DNA of 64,000 bases, taken from positions 128,771 through 192,770 of the forward strand of contig CAKONC010000001.1 in NCBI GenBank assembly GCA_934096985.1, given 5' to 3'. The stretch is from an uncultured Bacilli bacterium. GTDB taxonomy: Bacteria; Bacillota_I; Bacilli_A; RF39; UBA660. Positions 22,547-32,843 of the stretch are shown piece after piece. The notes under the pieces were generated by a model. That model was not told where the DNA came from. It made no database searches and was given only the letters and a program-made list of their open reading frames with translations. Position 1 is the first letter of the stretch, and the number at the start of each line of letters is the position of its first letter. The position numbers were made by a program, and so were the translations under genes.

Positions 22547-22972
22547 ATGGTTAAATTTAGAACAAATATCTATGGTTATAATAAAGATGATGTTGTTAAG
22601 TTTGTTAATAAAGTAGCTGAAGAATATGAAAATATTTATCAAAAATTACGTACGGCAACTTTAGAAGCAGAAAGTCTTAGAAAAGAGATTGAAAAATATC
22701 AAAACTTAGAAAAGACTTTAAACGACACTCTTTTGCTTGCACAAGAAACTAGTGCAAACGCACAAAAAGCTGCTTTTGCACAAAGCAAATTAATTATTGA
22801 AGATGCAAAAAATAATGCCTCGAAAATAGTTAATAATTCCTTGGTTAAAGCTCAAAATATAGAACGTGAAGCAGAAGAATTGCAACGAAAAGTTATAAGT
22901 TATAAAAAGAGGTTTATTGCTTTGGTCGAGTCACAAGTTGATGAGATGGATAAATTTGATGAAAGGCTTTAA
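22547..22972 (+). CDS. DivIVA-domain protein
   Basis: N-terminal 'FRTNIYGYNKDDVVKFV' DivIVA motif followed by coiled coil. Confidence 0.75.
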   Translation: MVKFRTNIYGYNKDDVVKFVNKVAEEYENIYQKLRTATLEAESLRKEIEKYQNLEKTLNDTLLLAQETSANAQKAAFAQSKLIIEDAKNNASKIVNNSLVKAQNIEREAEELQRKVISYKKRFIALVESQVDEMDKFDERL

Positions 22973-23767
22973 ATGAAAACGAGAATTATTAGTGCCATCA
23001 TAGCAATTGCTATAGCTGTGCCGTTTGTTTATTTTGGAAAAGAATTATTTATGTTTGGAATAGGGCTTATTTGTTTGTGGTCATATAAAGAGATTATGGA
23101 TTTAAAAAAAACTCATAAAAAAATTCCAAATGTACCAATGTTTTTAGGATTATTTGGACTACTTATGATAGTGTTTGCAAATACTAGTTATTCACTTTAT
23201 TATAGTGGAGTATCTTACATTTATTTAGCAGTACTTTGTTTTACATTGATTGTACCAACACTATTTTACGAGGATAACAAATACACAATAAAAGACGCGT
23301 TTCACTTAGTTGGGTTACTTTTATTTGTAGGACTTGGTTTTAATAGCATTATTTTAGTAAGGAATATAGATATTAAGTTATTTTTATATTTGGTATCTAT
23401 ACCTGTAATAACTGATTCATTTGCTCTTTTTGTAGGCAAAAGATTTGGAAAAAATAAAATGTGTCCGAATATTAGCCCTAAAAAAACTTGGGAAGGTATG
23501 ATAGGAGGAACCATTTTTGGAACAATTATTCCACTTATTATCTATTATCTATTTTTTAAAGAGTTTAACTTTATTATAGTTTTAATAACATTTATTTTAA
23601 CTATAATGGATCAAATTGGTGATTTGATATTTAGTAAATTAAAAAGAGAAAATGATATAAAAGATTTTTCAAACATTATGCCTGGACACGGTGGTGCCCT
23701 AGATAGACTTGATAGTACACTTGTTATATTTATTACATATGTAGCACTATCTTTAATATTATTATAA
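22973..23767 (+). CDS. cdsA: phosphatidate cytidylyltransferase
   Basis: 'PGHGGALDRLDS' CdsA signature. Confidence 0.9.
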   Translation: MKTRIISAIIAIAIAVPFVYFGKELFMFGIGLICLWSYKEIMDLKKTHKKIPNVPMFLGLFGLLMIVFANTSYSLYYSGVSYIYLAVLCFTLIVPTLFYEDNKYTIKDAFHLVGLLLFVGLGFNSIILVRNIDIKLFLYLVSIPVITDSFALFVGKRFGKNKMCPNISPKKTWEGMIGGTIFGTIIPLIIYYLFFKEFNFIIVLITFILTIMDQIGDLIFSKLKRENDIKDFSNIMPGHGGALDRLDSTLVIFITYVALSLILL

Positions 23768-23780
23768 AGGAGGAAGAAAA

Positions 23781-24854
23781 ATGTTTACAAGTATTGGATT
23801 ATTTCTAGTAAAAATATTATTACTTTTATTTATTTTAGGTATAATTATTTTAGTTCATGAATTTGGCCATTTCATTTGGGCAAAAAAATTTGGTGTTTAT
23901 ATTTATGAATTTTCTATAGGTATGGGTCCAGTTATTCATACTCATAAAGGAAAAAAAGATAAAATAGATTATAATATTCGTCTTATACCAATTGGTGGAT
24001 TTGTTTCAATGGCTGGTGAGGTATATGATAATGATGAAAAAATACCTAAATCTAAATTAATGTGTAATAAAAAATGGTATCAAAGGCTTATTATTTTAGT
24101 TGCTGGTGTTGTTAATAATTTTATTTTAGCAATTGTCATACTTTTTGTTTATACATTAATTTGGGGTGGCGGAGCTATAACTCCTAAAGTTAGTGAAACA
24201 GTGGCAGATAAACCTGCTGCTCTTGCGGGAATTAAAGCGGGTGATGTAATTACAAGTATTAATGGTTATCATGTTTCATCTTGGGATAAAGCTCAAATAA
24301 TTTTATATTATAAAAACAATAAAGAATATTATACATTTGAAGTAAAACATGAAGATGGTAAAAAGGAAACAATTAAGGTAAAACCAGAAATTATTAAAGA
24401 TGAAGAAACTGGTACTGAAAGCAAATTATTTGGAATAAAAATCAAAGAAGCAGATACTTCAAATATATTTAAAGCATTTATTTATAGTATTCAAAAATTT
24501 GCTAGTATTATAAGCTCTATGGTTTATACAATATGGGGATTAATTGCTGGTAAAATAGGCCTTTCTGCATTATCTGGTCCTGTTGGAATTTATGAAGTTG
24601 TAGGTCAAACAATTAATTACGGAGTTAATTATTTCTTATATATATTAGCGTTCTTATCAATAAATGTTGGCTTTATAAATATATTGCCATTTCCAGCATT
24701 TGATGGAGGACATGTATTATTCTTAATTATTGAAAAAATTAAAGGCAAACCCGTAAATGCTAAGTTTGAAAGTACGTTCCATTTAATTGGCTTTGTATTA
24801 ATATTCTTGCTTATGATAATTGTTACAATAAATGATATAATTAAGTTGTTTTAA
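23781..24854 (+). CDS. rseP: RIP zinc metalloprotease (site-2 protease) RseP/RasP
   Basis: 'HEFGHF' HExxH motif, a PDZ region, and a 'LNILPFPALDGGH' motif. Confidence 0.9.
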   Translation: MFTSIGLFLVKILLLLFILGIIILVHEFGHFIWAKKFGVYIYEFSIGMGPVIHTHKGKKDKIDYNIRLIPIGGFVSMAGEVYDNDEKIPKSKLMCNKKWYQRLIILVAGVVNNFILAIVILFVYTLIWGGGAITPKVSETVADKPAALAGIKAGDVITSINGYHVSSWDKAQIILYYKNNKEYYTFEVKHEDGKKETIKVKPEIIKDEETGTESKLFGIKIKEADTSNIFKAFIYSIQKFASIISSMVYTIWGLIAGKIGLSALSGPVGIYEVVGQTINYGVNYFLYILAFLSINVGFINILPFPAFDGGHVLFLIIEKIKGKPVNAKFESTFHLIGFVLIFLLMIIVTINDIIKLF

Positions 24855-24868
24855 CTTAATTATTTTTT

Positions 24869-24946
24869 GTCCTCGTAACTCAATTTGAATAGAGTACTTG
24901 CCTCCGACGCAAGAAGTTATGGGTTTAAATCCCATCGAGGACACCA
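24869..24946 (+). tRNA. tRNA-Arg (CCG anticodon) with non-canonical D- and T-loops
   Basis: Acceptor stem gtcctcg/cgaggac plus A and CCA. Anticodon loop cuCCGac. D-loop AATTTGAATA and T-loop TTTAAAT. Confidence 0.65.
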
Positions 24947-25052
24947 TAATTTAAATGTAAAGTTTTTGATGTTATATTTAACTACTTTACAAACACGTTT
25001 TTATTATGTTAAACTTGTTATGTTAAGTAGATAATTAGAAAGGAAAATTGAA

Positions 25053-25730
25053 ATGGGAAAAAATACTCAAACAAAAATTATGTTACTTGCAACAACTGTA
25101 TTTTTATTAATTGTTGTATCTGCAGCAACATTTGCATATTTTGGTTCATTTACAACAACTCTTACAGGAAATGTAGCCGTAAACATTAATGCAGCTTCCC
25201 CAGGAAATGCTACTTTAGTTACAACAGCAGCAGCATTAAATTTACAAGTTCCCGCAAAAAATATGAGTGAACTTAATAAGGGAACGAAAGCAGGAACTGC
25301 ATCTGGTAGTTTAAATGTTAACCTAACTGGAACGTCAGGAACTACAACAACCTGTACGTATGACATTGTATTTGAATATACTACAAGTTCAAATATATAT
25401 GGTTTAAGTCCTACGACTGTAACAGACTCAACAAAAAATGAAATTACTTTATTAGTTGCAACACCAACAGGTGCTGGTGGAACAAATAATTATTCTACAG
25501 AAAAAAGTTTTGCATATGATTCATCGACTTGGACTGCAAAAACTTCTTCAGCGGGAGCAAAAAGAACTATAGTTACTGGTGCAACAATAAAAAGTACTGG
25601 AACATCAACAGTTCAAAAATGGACATTTACTTCAAATTATTATAATTTAGACGTAGCTCAAACACAGTTGGCAGGCAAGAATTTTGCAGGTAAATTTTAT
25701 GTAACTAATAACTCTTGTAGTGCGTCATAA
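25053..25730 (+). CDS. secreted Thr/Ser/Gly-rich protein with a TasA/camelysin-like N-terminal processing motif
   Basis: Signal/TM segment followed by 'SAATFAYFGSF'. Compare the A-F-F-S-D motif of SipW-cognate TasA/CalY substrates. Confidence 0.45.
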   Translation: MGKNTQTKIMLLATTVFLLIVVSAATFAYFGSFTTTLTGNVAVNINAASPGNATLVTTAAALNLQVPAKNMSELNKGTKAGTASGSLNVNLTGTSGTTTTCTYDIVFEYTTSSNIYGLSPTTVTDSTKNEITLLVATPTGAGGTNNYSTEKSFAYDSSTWTAKTSSAGAKRTIVTGATIKSTGTSTVQKWTFTSNYYNLDVAQTQLAGKNFAGKFYVTNNSCSAS

Positions 25731-25755
25731 AGCAAGAAATTAACTTGCTTTTTTG
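25730..25755 (+). terminator. rho-independent terminator
   Basis: AAGCAAG-aaattaa-CTTGCTT followed by TTTTT. Confidence 0.6.
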
Positions 25756-25799
25756 TTTACATAGAAATTATATAGTGATAATATTAATATGGTGATAGT

Positions 25800-26306
25800 A
25801 TGGAAATTAAAAAATCAAAACAAGAAATTGTAAAAATGTTATTAAAGGAAAATTTAGACAGTAATGATGAAGATGAACTTCTTGATATGCTTATTAATGA
25901 GCCAATAGCTGTTGATGTAGATAAACAAAGTGATTTAAACAGAACTTTTGGCGATAAACTAGCAGATAAAATTACAGAAGTTGCTGGAAGTTGGCCATTT
26001 ATTATAGGTTTAATTATTTTTTTAGTTATGTGGATTTTATTAAATATTTTTATTTTAAAAGATGCTGATCCATATCCATTTATTTTACTAAATCTTTTAC
26101 TTTCATGTGTTGCAGCACTTCAAGCACCAATCATTATGATGAGTCAAAATAGAGAATCTAAAAAGGATAGACTAAGAAGTTTAAATGATTACAAAACAGA
26201 TTTAAAAAGTGAACTTATTTTAGAGGAACTTCACCTGAATTTACAAAAAATTATTAATAATCAAAATAAAATACTTAAACTGTTAGAGAATAAAGATGAA
26301 GAATAA
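25800..26306 (+). CDS. DUF1003-family membrane protein
   Basis: 'GSWPFII...DPYPFILLNLLLSCVAALQAPIIMMSQNR' DUF1003 core. Confidence 0.7.
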   Translation: MEIKKSKQEIVKMLLKENLDSNDEDELLDMLINEPIAVDVDKQSDLNRTFGDKLADKITEVAGSWPFIIGLIIFLVMWILLNIFILKDADPYPFILLNLLLSCVAALQAPIIMMSQNRESKKDRLRSLNDYKTDLKSELILEELHLNLQKIINNQNKILKLLENKDEE

Positions 26307-26344
26307 TAGTTTATTTCTTAATATTTAAATGGTATACTACTTGT

Positions 26345-28144
26345 ATGAAAAAGAAGTTTATAAATTTATTTTTAAGTATTATTTCAACACTTTCATTGTT
26401 TTTAAATTTTAAAAAAGTATATTTGAATAAAAGTGGTATTATAAATATATGGAGTACTATTTTAATTATTATATTTATAGTTATCTTTTATTTGTTTTAT
26501 AATAAAATAGACTTACGAAAAAATTCTAAAGAAGATAAACTTTTATCTACATTATTTTCTATTTTTACTTTAATAGGACAAAGTTATCGGAGTGTTTCTA
26601 GTTTAAGTATTTTATTTAAAAAATATATGTTTGTTTTTACAATATTTAGATTTATAGGCTTATATTTTATCTTTTTACTTTTAATTTATTATTATAGAAA
26701 GTGTATTAATATTTTTAAAATGCGTCCTGATTTAAAAGAAAACAAATTTATAAAAGTATTTAATAAGCATCCATTTTTAATTAGTTTATCTATTATTTGT
26801 TTAGCGTGGTTAATATATTATATTGCATTTTATCCTGCTGTTTTATCACCAGATCCTAGCTATCAAATAAAACAAGCCTTTAATGTTAGAACAAAATATA
26901 ATGATTATTCTATTCAAATTAATCCTAAAGTAAATATTACAAATCATCATCCCGTGTTTCATACACTTCTTTTAGGTGGATGTATAAGACTTGGAAGAAT
27001 TATTTTAAATGATAATTTTGGTTTATTTATTTATACGTTTACACAAGGAATGTTTTTGGCAATTACGCTTGCATATACAGTTTTGTTGTTAAAAAAGAAA
27101 AATGTTCAAAATAAATATTTAATACCACTTTTACTTATTTATTCATTTGTTCCATGTTTTCCATTTTATGCAATTAATATGAATAAAGATGTTTATTATA
27201 CAACGTTTATTATCTGGTTAATAATTCTTTTGATAAAATATATTGAGTGCTTTAAAAATTCTAAGGTAACGAAAGCATTTATGTTTCAATACTTTGTTGT
27301 TTCCATATTTTTATGTTTATTTAGAAATAATGGAATATTTTTGATTTTAGTACTTCTTCCTTTTTTATATAAATTTAGCAAAAAAAATAGAGTAAGTATT
27401 TTACTTATTACACTTTTTATAACTGGATTATATTATTCTTATACTAAAGTTTTACTTCCAAAACTTGGTGTTACTGGTACGAGCGTAAGAGAGGTATTAA
27501 GTATACCATTTCAACAAAGTGCTAGATATATAAAATATTATGAGGACGAAATTTCCTTGAAGGATAAAGAAAATATAGGAAAAGTTTTAAACTATGAGGT
27601 TATTAAAACTAGTTATGATCCACAGCTTTCAGACCCTGTAAAAAATACCTACAATAAATATGCTACAAAAAAAGATTTGTTAAATTATTTTGATACTTGG
27701 GCTCATGGCTTTATAAAAAGACCATTTCTTTATATAGATGCAACATTAAATAATATTTATGGTTTTTTTGACCCTGGTGATATTCATTGGTATATATATT
27801 CGGGATATAATAGTACAATAACTGAAAATGGCCTTGTAGATTATCATTATAATAATTTAAAGATTTTACGAGTTATTCTTAAAAATTATGCTTATGCATT
27901 TAAGGTTATTCCTGTGTTAGGTTTAATTGTTATACCTGGATTTAATACCTGGATTTTACTTTATTTAATTATATATATTTTAAAATCTAAAAAGAAAGAT
28001 GAAATTATCATATTACTTCCTATGATAATTTCACTGGTATTTTGCGTTTTAGGACCTGCAAATAACTATTACAGATACGCAATGCCATATATCTTTTCAA
28101 TGCCATTTATCATAGTATATTATTTAAATAAAAAAGTTAGATAA
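26345..28144 (+). CDS. polytopic membrane protein (possible GT-C-like glycosyltransferase or YfhO-like)
   Basis: 599 aa with more than 10 predicted hydrophobic helices. No definitive motif. Confidence 0.4.
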   Translation: MKKKFINLFLSIISTLSLFLNFKKVYLNKSGIINIWSTILIIIFIVIFYLFYNKIDLRKNSKEDKLLSTLFSIFTLIGQSYRSVSSLSILFKKYMFVFTIFRFIGLYFIFLLLIYYYRKCINIFKMRPDLKENKFIKVFNKHPFLISLSIICLAWLIYYIAFYPAVLSPDPSYQIKQAFNVRTKYNDYSIQINPKVNITNHHPVFHTLLLGGCIRLGRIILNDNFGLFIYTFTQGMFLAITLAYTVLLLKKKNVQNKYLIPLLLIYSFVPCFPFYAINMNKDVYYTTFIIWLIILLIKYIECFKNSKVTKAFMFQYFVVSIFLCLFRNNGIFLILVLLPFLYKFSKKNRVSILLITLFITGLYYSYTKVLLPKLGVTGTSVREVLSIPFQQSARYIKYYEDEISLKDKENIGKVLNYEVIKTSYDPQLSDPVKNTYNKYATKKDLLNYFDTWAHGFIKRPFLYIDATLNNIYGFFDPGDIHWYIYSGYNSTITENGLVDYHYNNLKILRVILKNYAYAFKVIPVLGLIVIPGFNTWILLYLIIYILKSKKKDEIIILLPMIISLVFCVLGPANNYYRYAMPYIFSMPFIIVYYLNKKVR

Positions 28145-29240
28145 TAATTGGTTTATTAGCTAACTCTTTTTTTTGCTCATTATTTCCTGTGAGCATGTCA
28201 TAAATTATTGTAGATTTTAATTCGTAATCGTATATAATGGATTTTTTATCCTTTTTGATAGGAATAGAAATTTCTTTTTTTATTTTATTTATATAATCTT
28301 TACCTTTTTGAGAAAAGCCTAAAATATTTATATATTCCATTTCTAAGTTTGCATCACTTTTTTTAATATTTAATAAAATATGAATAAGCATACGATTTAT
28401 TTTGTTATATGTATATTTTTTTGATTTAATATTTTTAATAAGTTCATCCATATTACTTACATTTTTAATGCGTTTTTTCAAAAGATAATTCATTGATTTG
28501 TCAACATCAAGTACATCACTTATGTCATTATTAATAATTTGAATTTTAATTAAATTAAAAAGCAAGGAAGTATCAATTTTGTTTATTTTGTCCATTGAGT
28601 AATTTGGTAAATATTTTTTTATATCTTTATTATTTTTTATTTTTTCACGAATATTTAACGCACTAATTATGTCATCATTACTTTCTTTATCTAAATAATC
28701 ATTTGTTCTTTTTATAGTTTGTGCATCGATTAAATAATTATTTGTTAAAATTGATTTAACATAACATATTCCTAAAAGGTCATTAGAATTATAAGAAAAA
28801 TCTTCATTAATTACTTTACTAAGTGCAGTAGGATAATTAAGACCATTTTTTAAATGAATTTTTATATTTTCATTATTATGGTTTTCAATAGATTTTTTAG
28901 CAATTAATTTTATCTTTTCTATATCATCACATTCACTTCCAAAAATAATCTTTTTTACTTTAAAATAATTTAATAATTTTATTGAGGCGTCCGAAAATGT
29001 ATCAGCACTTTGAGTTCCATATAAAACTGGTAATTCTAAAACTATATCAACACCACTTAATAAAGCAATATGTGTTTTATCATATTTTGATATTATAGAT
29101 GGTTCTCCACGCTGAAGAAAATAGCCATTTAAAACTAAAACTAATAAACTATCAGGATACATTTCCTTAATTTTATTTATATGGTATAAGTGACCATTAT
29201 GAAACGGGTTATATTCCGCAATTAAACCTATTATTTCCAT
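28137..29240 (-). CDS. tmcAL: tRNA(Met) cytidine acetate ligase TmcAL (YlbM family nucleotidyltransferase)
   Basis: 'EYNPFHNGHLYH' HIGH-type motif at the N-terminus, as in YlbM. Confidence 0.75.
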   Translation of the reverse strand: MEIIGLIAEYNPFHNGHLYHINKIKEMYPDSLLVLVLNGYFLQRGEPSIISKYDKTHIALLSGVDIVLELPVLYGTQSADTFSDASIKLLNYFKVKKIIFGSECDDIEKIKLIAKKSIENHNNENIKIHLKNGLNYPTALSKVINEDFSYNSNDLLGICYVKSILTNNYLIDAQTIKRTNDYLDKESNDDIISALNIREKIKNNKDIKKYLPNYSMDKINKIDTSLLFNLIKIQIINNDISDVLDVDKSMNYLLKKRIKNVSNMDELIKNIKSKKYTYNKINRMLIHILLNIKKSDANLEMEYINILGFSQKGKDYINKIKKEISIPIKKDKKSIIYDYELKSTIIYDMLTGNNEQKKELANKPIII

Positions 29241-29305
29241 GCAACTAATATATAAAATATTTCTTTATTTGTCAATTTATATTATAATACCAATTGAGGG
29301 AAAAT

Positions 29306-30166
29306 ATGATTATATGTGTATGTGGTCCAACAGGAATAGGAAAAACTAAATTAAGTGAATTATTAGCAAAAAAATATGATGCAATTATTTTAAATGCAGA
29401 TGCAACTCAAATTTATCAAGAACTTAATATTGGTAGTGCCAAAATAACTAAAGAAGAAATGGGCAATCGTCAGCATTATTTATTCGATATAAAAAAACCA
29501 AGTGAAGATTATAGTGTTATGGAATATCAAAAAGATGCAAGAAAAATATTAAATGATAATAATTGCAAAAATATTGTTGTTGTCGGAGGAACTGGTTTAT
29601 ATATTAAAGCATTATTCTTTGATTATGTATTTGATGAGATGAACAAAAATAATTTTGATAATTTAAGTAATGATGAGCTATATATTCTTGCTATGAAAAA
29701 AGATCCTAAGTGTAATTTGCACAGGAATAATAGGGTAAGACTTATAAATTTTTTAAATCGAACAAAAGAAGAAAAAAATAAAGATGTTAAACTATATGAT
29801 GTAATTTTTGTAGGACTTACTGCAGAAAGAAGCAAAATATATGAAATTTGTAATAAAAGGGTAGATATAATGATTGAAAATGGTTTACTTAATGAAGTTA
29901 AAACATTAAAAGAAAAATATCCAAATTCAAATATTTTAAAACGCGCTATAGGTTATAAAGAGTTAATAAGTTATTTAGATAATAATATTTCTTACAATGA
30001 TGCTATAGAACTTATCAAAAAAAATACAAGACATTATGTAAAAAGGCAATATACATGGTTTAATAATCAACTTGATATAAAATGGTTTAATGTAGATTTT
30101 GATAATTTTAATAATACATATGAAGATGTAATAAAACATATTGAAGCAAACAAAAAGGCAAATTAA
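29306..30166 (+). CDS. miaA: tRNA dimethylallyltransferase
   Basis: 'GPTGIGKT' P-loop and MiaA architecture. GAGGGA RBS. Confidence 0.85.
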   Translation: MIICVCGPTGIGKTKLSELLAKKYDAIILNADATQIYQELNIGSAKITKEEMGNRQHYLFDIKKPSEDYSVMEYQKDARKILNDNNCKNIVVVGGTGLYIKALFFDYVFDEMNKNNFDNLSNDELYILAMKKDPKCNLHRNNRVRLINFLNRTKEEKNKDVKLYDVIFVGLTAERSKIYEICNKRVDIMIENGLLNEVKTLKEKYPNSNILKRAIGYKELISYLDNNISYNDAIELIKKNTRHYVKRQYTWFNNQLDIKWFNVDFDNFNNTYEDVIKHIEANKKAN

Positions 30167-30177
30167 TTGCCATTTTT

Positions 30178-31158
30178 TTATGAACCAAAAGCTTTTAAAT
30201 TATTAATTTTATCATTAAATTCTAAATAATAGTTTTTATCAAAATTATGTTCTTCGATTTCAACTTTTCCAGAATCAACAGCCATTAAAGCGGCGGTATC
30301 GACTAAAAAATATTTATGATATAAATAGTCTTTGCCATCATCACTAACTGGATCATCCCAAGTTAAGTCTAAGTGTAGCCACTTATCATTTAAATAAACT
30401 GCATTCCAAATATGTCCATTTGATTTATAACCAACACTTTCTTTAGTCGTAGCAATTTTATAGTTTTTAATATTAAATTTTGTTAAAAATATAGCCATTA
30501 AATCTGTGTATCCATTACATGTAGCCATGTGATCAAATAAAGGACCATATGCAATATAAGATAAATATTTACTATCACCATTTTTATTTCTTTCTACGTC
30601 ATATTTAGTGGTATTAATAATATAATCATGAATAGTTTTAATTTTTTCGTATTCACTCATTTCACTAGTAATTTTTTCATTTATAATTTTATTAACTTCG
30701 TTATCAATTTTTTCAATTTGCTCTTTAGTATAAAGATAATTTATTTCAATAGTAATTTCTCCGGATTCAAGCATGCTTGTTTTCATATTAGTAAAACTAT
30801 TATAAGGATGAACGTAGTTATTAACATGAGTTAAAGTAATATCATCTTTACTTATTTGCTCTATATCCTTTATACAATCAGTATATTCATTAGGGCAATA
30901 AAAAGTAAAAGTATCCCACCCATTATTAATTGTAGTATAAATAATGTTTAGTAAATCATCATAAGAATATGGTACGAATTCATTTACATTATGAACAAAT
31001 AAGAAATTATCAGTTTTTGTATATTCATTTTTTTCTTTAATAAGAAGTTTTGGTGTTTCAGTAATTTTACTAGCAATAAGGTTACTTATAAAATCTGATT
31101 TATACGAAATAACAAGTAACAAAATAACACATATAATAGTAATAATAAATTTTTTCAT
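30178..31158 (-). CDS. membrane-anchored transglutaminase-like cysteine protease domain protein
   Basis: 'ATCNGYTDLMAIFL...GHIWNAVYL...DLTWDD' supplies a Cys-His-Asp core. Confidence 0.65.
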   Translation of the reverse strand: MKKFIITIICVILLLVISYKSDFISNLIASKITETPKLLIKEKNEYTKTDNFLFVHNVNEFVPYSYDDLLNIIYTTINNGWDTFTFYCPNEYTDCIKDIEQISKDDITLTHVNNYVHPYNSFTNMKTSMLESGEITIEINYLYTKEQIEKIDNEVNKIINEKITSEMSEYEKIKTIHDYIINTTKYDVERNKNGDSKYLSYIAYGPLFDHMATCNGYTDLMAIFLTKFNIKNYKIATTKESVGYKSNGHIWNAVYLNDKWLHLDLTWDDPVSDDGKDYLYHKYFLVDTAALMAVDSGKVEIEEHNFDKNYYLEFNDKINNLKAFGS

Positions 31159-31209
31159 ATTTATATTGTACTAAAAAATAGGTAATAAAAAAAGTAGTTT
31201 TTTATATAA

Positions 31210-31473
31210 CTACTTCATGTTTTTAATTTTTTGTGATAATCTTGATTTTTGTCTATCAGCTGTATTAGATTTAATTAATCCTTTACTTAAAGCTCCGTCA
31301 CATTCTTTTTGAAATTTTTTAAATAACTCAGAAGCTTTTTCTTTATCGTTAGCTGCAATTAATTTTTCTATATCTTTAATTAAGTTCTTAACTTGTGCTT
31401 TAGCTTCATGATTATTATCAGTTTTCTTAGCAATAACTTTAATTGCTTTTTTTGAACTTTTAATATTTGCCAT
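31210..31473 (-). CDS. rpsT: 30S ribosomal protein S20
   Basis: 'MANIKSSKKA' N-terminus and a basic helical protein of 87 aa. Confidence 0.9.
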   Translation of the reverse strand: MANIKSSKKAIKVIAKKTDNNHEAKAQVKNLIKDIEKLIAANDKEKASELFKKFQKECDGALSKGLIKSNTADRQKSRLSQKIKNMK

Positions 31474-31622
31474 CTTTTCTTCCTTCCTTTTTAGTACGTA
31501 ACTATTTTATCAAAACTTTTCTAGTTTAGCAAGTATTTTCAAACATGCTAAGTAAAAACCTTAAAAAACTTATTTAAAGATATTTTTTTCGACAAAAAAA
31601 TTAGTATTTATTTGTTAAATTT

Positions 31623-32489
31623 ATGATGGTGATAAAAATGGGCCATTTTAAAAGCGTGAGTAAAAAAAGAAAGATTCAAAGAAAAATAATAATATTTTTG
31701 CTAGAAATAATATCTGCTTTAGTAATTGTCAAAGTTATTAAAAAAAATTATAAATTAAATGAAGATAAATTAGTCTATTTAACTTATAATTATTTAGGAA
31801 AAATCTCTAAAAAAGTTGAGCAAGTAAATAATGAGGTTATTGAAAATACAACTCCTATATTTAAAAATGAAAGAGACCCCACAGTATACATTTATAATAC
31901 TCATCAATCTGAAAAATATAAATATAGTAAAGTTAATAATTATAATTTAGATTATACCGTTATGTTTGGTAGTCAAATATTAAAAGATTATTTAAATGAA
32001 TATGGTATTAATGCATATGTTGAGGAAAATTTAATTAGCAAAGTTTTAAATGAAAATAATTTAGTATATAAAGATAGCTATGTAGCAAGTAGAATACTTA
32101 TGGAAAATGCTAAAAAAAGTAATCCAACTTTAAAGTATTTTATTGATTTACATAGAGACTCTTCATCTTATGAAAGAACTACTTGTTTAATTAATGATGA
32201 TTCATATGCAAAAGTATTATTTGTTTTAGGACTAGAAAACCCAAATTATGAAAAAAATAAGAAAATGATTAATGTGCTAAATAATAAAATTATTTCCTAT
32301 AATAGTTGTTTATCAAGAGGAATAATGGAAAAAGAAGGTCCTTATTCAAATGGTGTATATAATCAGGACTTTGATAATAATACAATTCTAATTGAAGTCG
32401 GCGGACAATATAATGATATTAAACAGGTAGATAATACATTAAAAGTTTTAGCAAAAGTTTTGTATGAATATATTATGGAGGATTCATGA
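31623..32489 (+). CDS. spoIIP: stage II sporulation protein P (SpoIIP amidase family)
   Basis: 'VYIYNTHQSEKY' motif, an amidase-3-like core, and an N-terminal transmembrane segment. Position after rpsT matches Bacillus. Confidence 0.75.
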   Translation: MMVIKMGHFKSVSKKRKIQRKIIIFLLEIISALVIVKVIKKNYKLNEDKLVYLTYNYLGKISKKVEQVNNEVIENTTPIFKNERDPTVYIYNTHQSEKYKYSKVNNYNLDYTVMFGSQILKDYLNEYGINAYVEENLISKVLNENNLVYKDSYVASRILMENAKKSNPTLKYFIDLHRDSSSYERTTCLINDDSYAKVLFVLGLENPNYEKNKKMINVLNNKIISYNSCLSRGIMEKEGPYSNGVYNQDFDNNTILIEVGGQYNDIKQVDNTLKVLAKVLYEYIMEDS

Positions 32490-32812
32490 CAAATGATAAA
32501 AAAAATCCATTTTTTAAAATATTATCTCTTTTATTTTTAATATATTTAGGATTATTTATAGCTAAAGAAACTGGCTATTATGATAAAAATATTAGAGAAA
32601 AAACTTTACTTACAGAAACTAAAATTAATGATTTTGAAAATGATTTAAAGTCAGGTAAACCTGTTGATGTTATTTCATATTTACCTGAAGAAAAAGATTA
32701 TTCTAACATATTAACTAAATCTGCAAATAAAGTTTCAAATAAAATAGGAATTTTGGTGAATTCAAAATCCAAAAATATATGGGATTTTATTAAGACTTTA
32801 TTTATTTCTTAA
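32486..32812 (+). CDS. small membrane protein (YqxA/DUF3679-like)
   Basis: Single transmembrane segment. Positional equivalent of yqxA between spoIIP and lepA. Confidence 0.4.
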   Translation: MTNDKKNPFFKILSLLFLIYLGLFIAKETGYYDKNIREKTLLTETKINDFENDLKSGKPVDVISYLPEEKDYSNILTKSANKVSNKIGILVNSKSKNIWDFIKTLFIS

Positions 32813-32843
32813 CTTTTTGTATAATAATGTTTGGTGGAAGAAA

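Noticed and set aside
19261-23514. Antisense ORFs inside glyQS, proS, the sepF/divIVA junction and cdsA (19261..19485, 21809..22024, 22460..22642, 23302..23514)
   Set aside because: Each overlaps a highly confident housekeeping CDS on the other strand.
25067-25366. 99-aa antisense ORF
   Set aside because: It is antisense to the T/S/G-rich secreted protein gene. It is an artefact of locally elevated GC and low-complexity codons, with no RBS.
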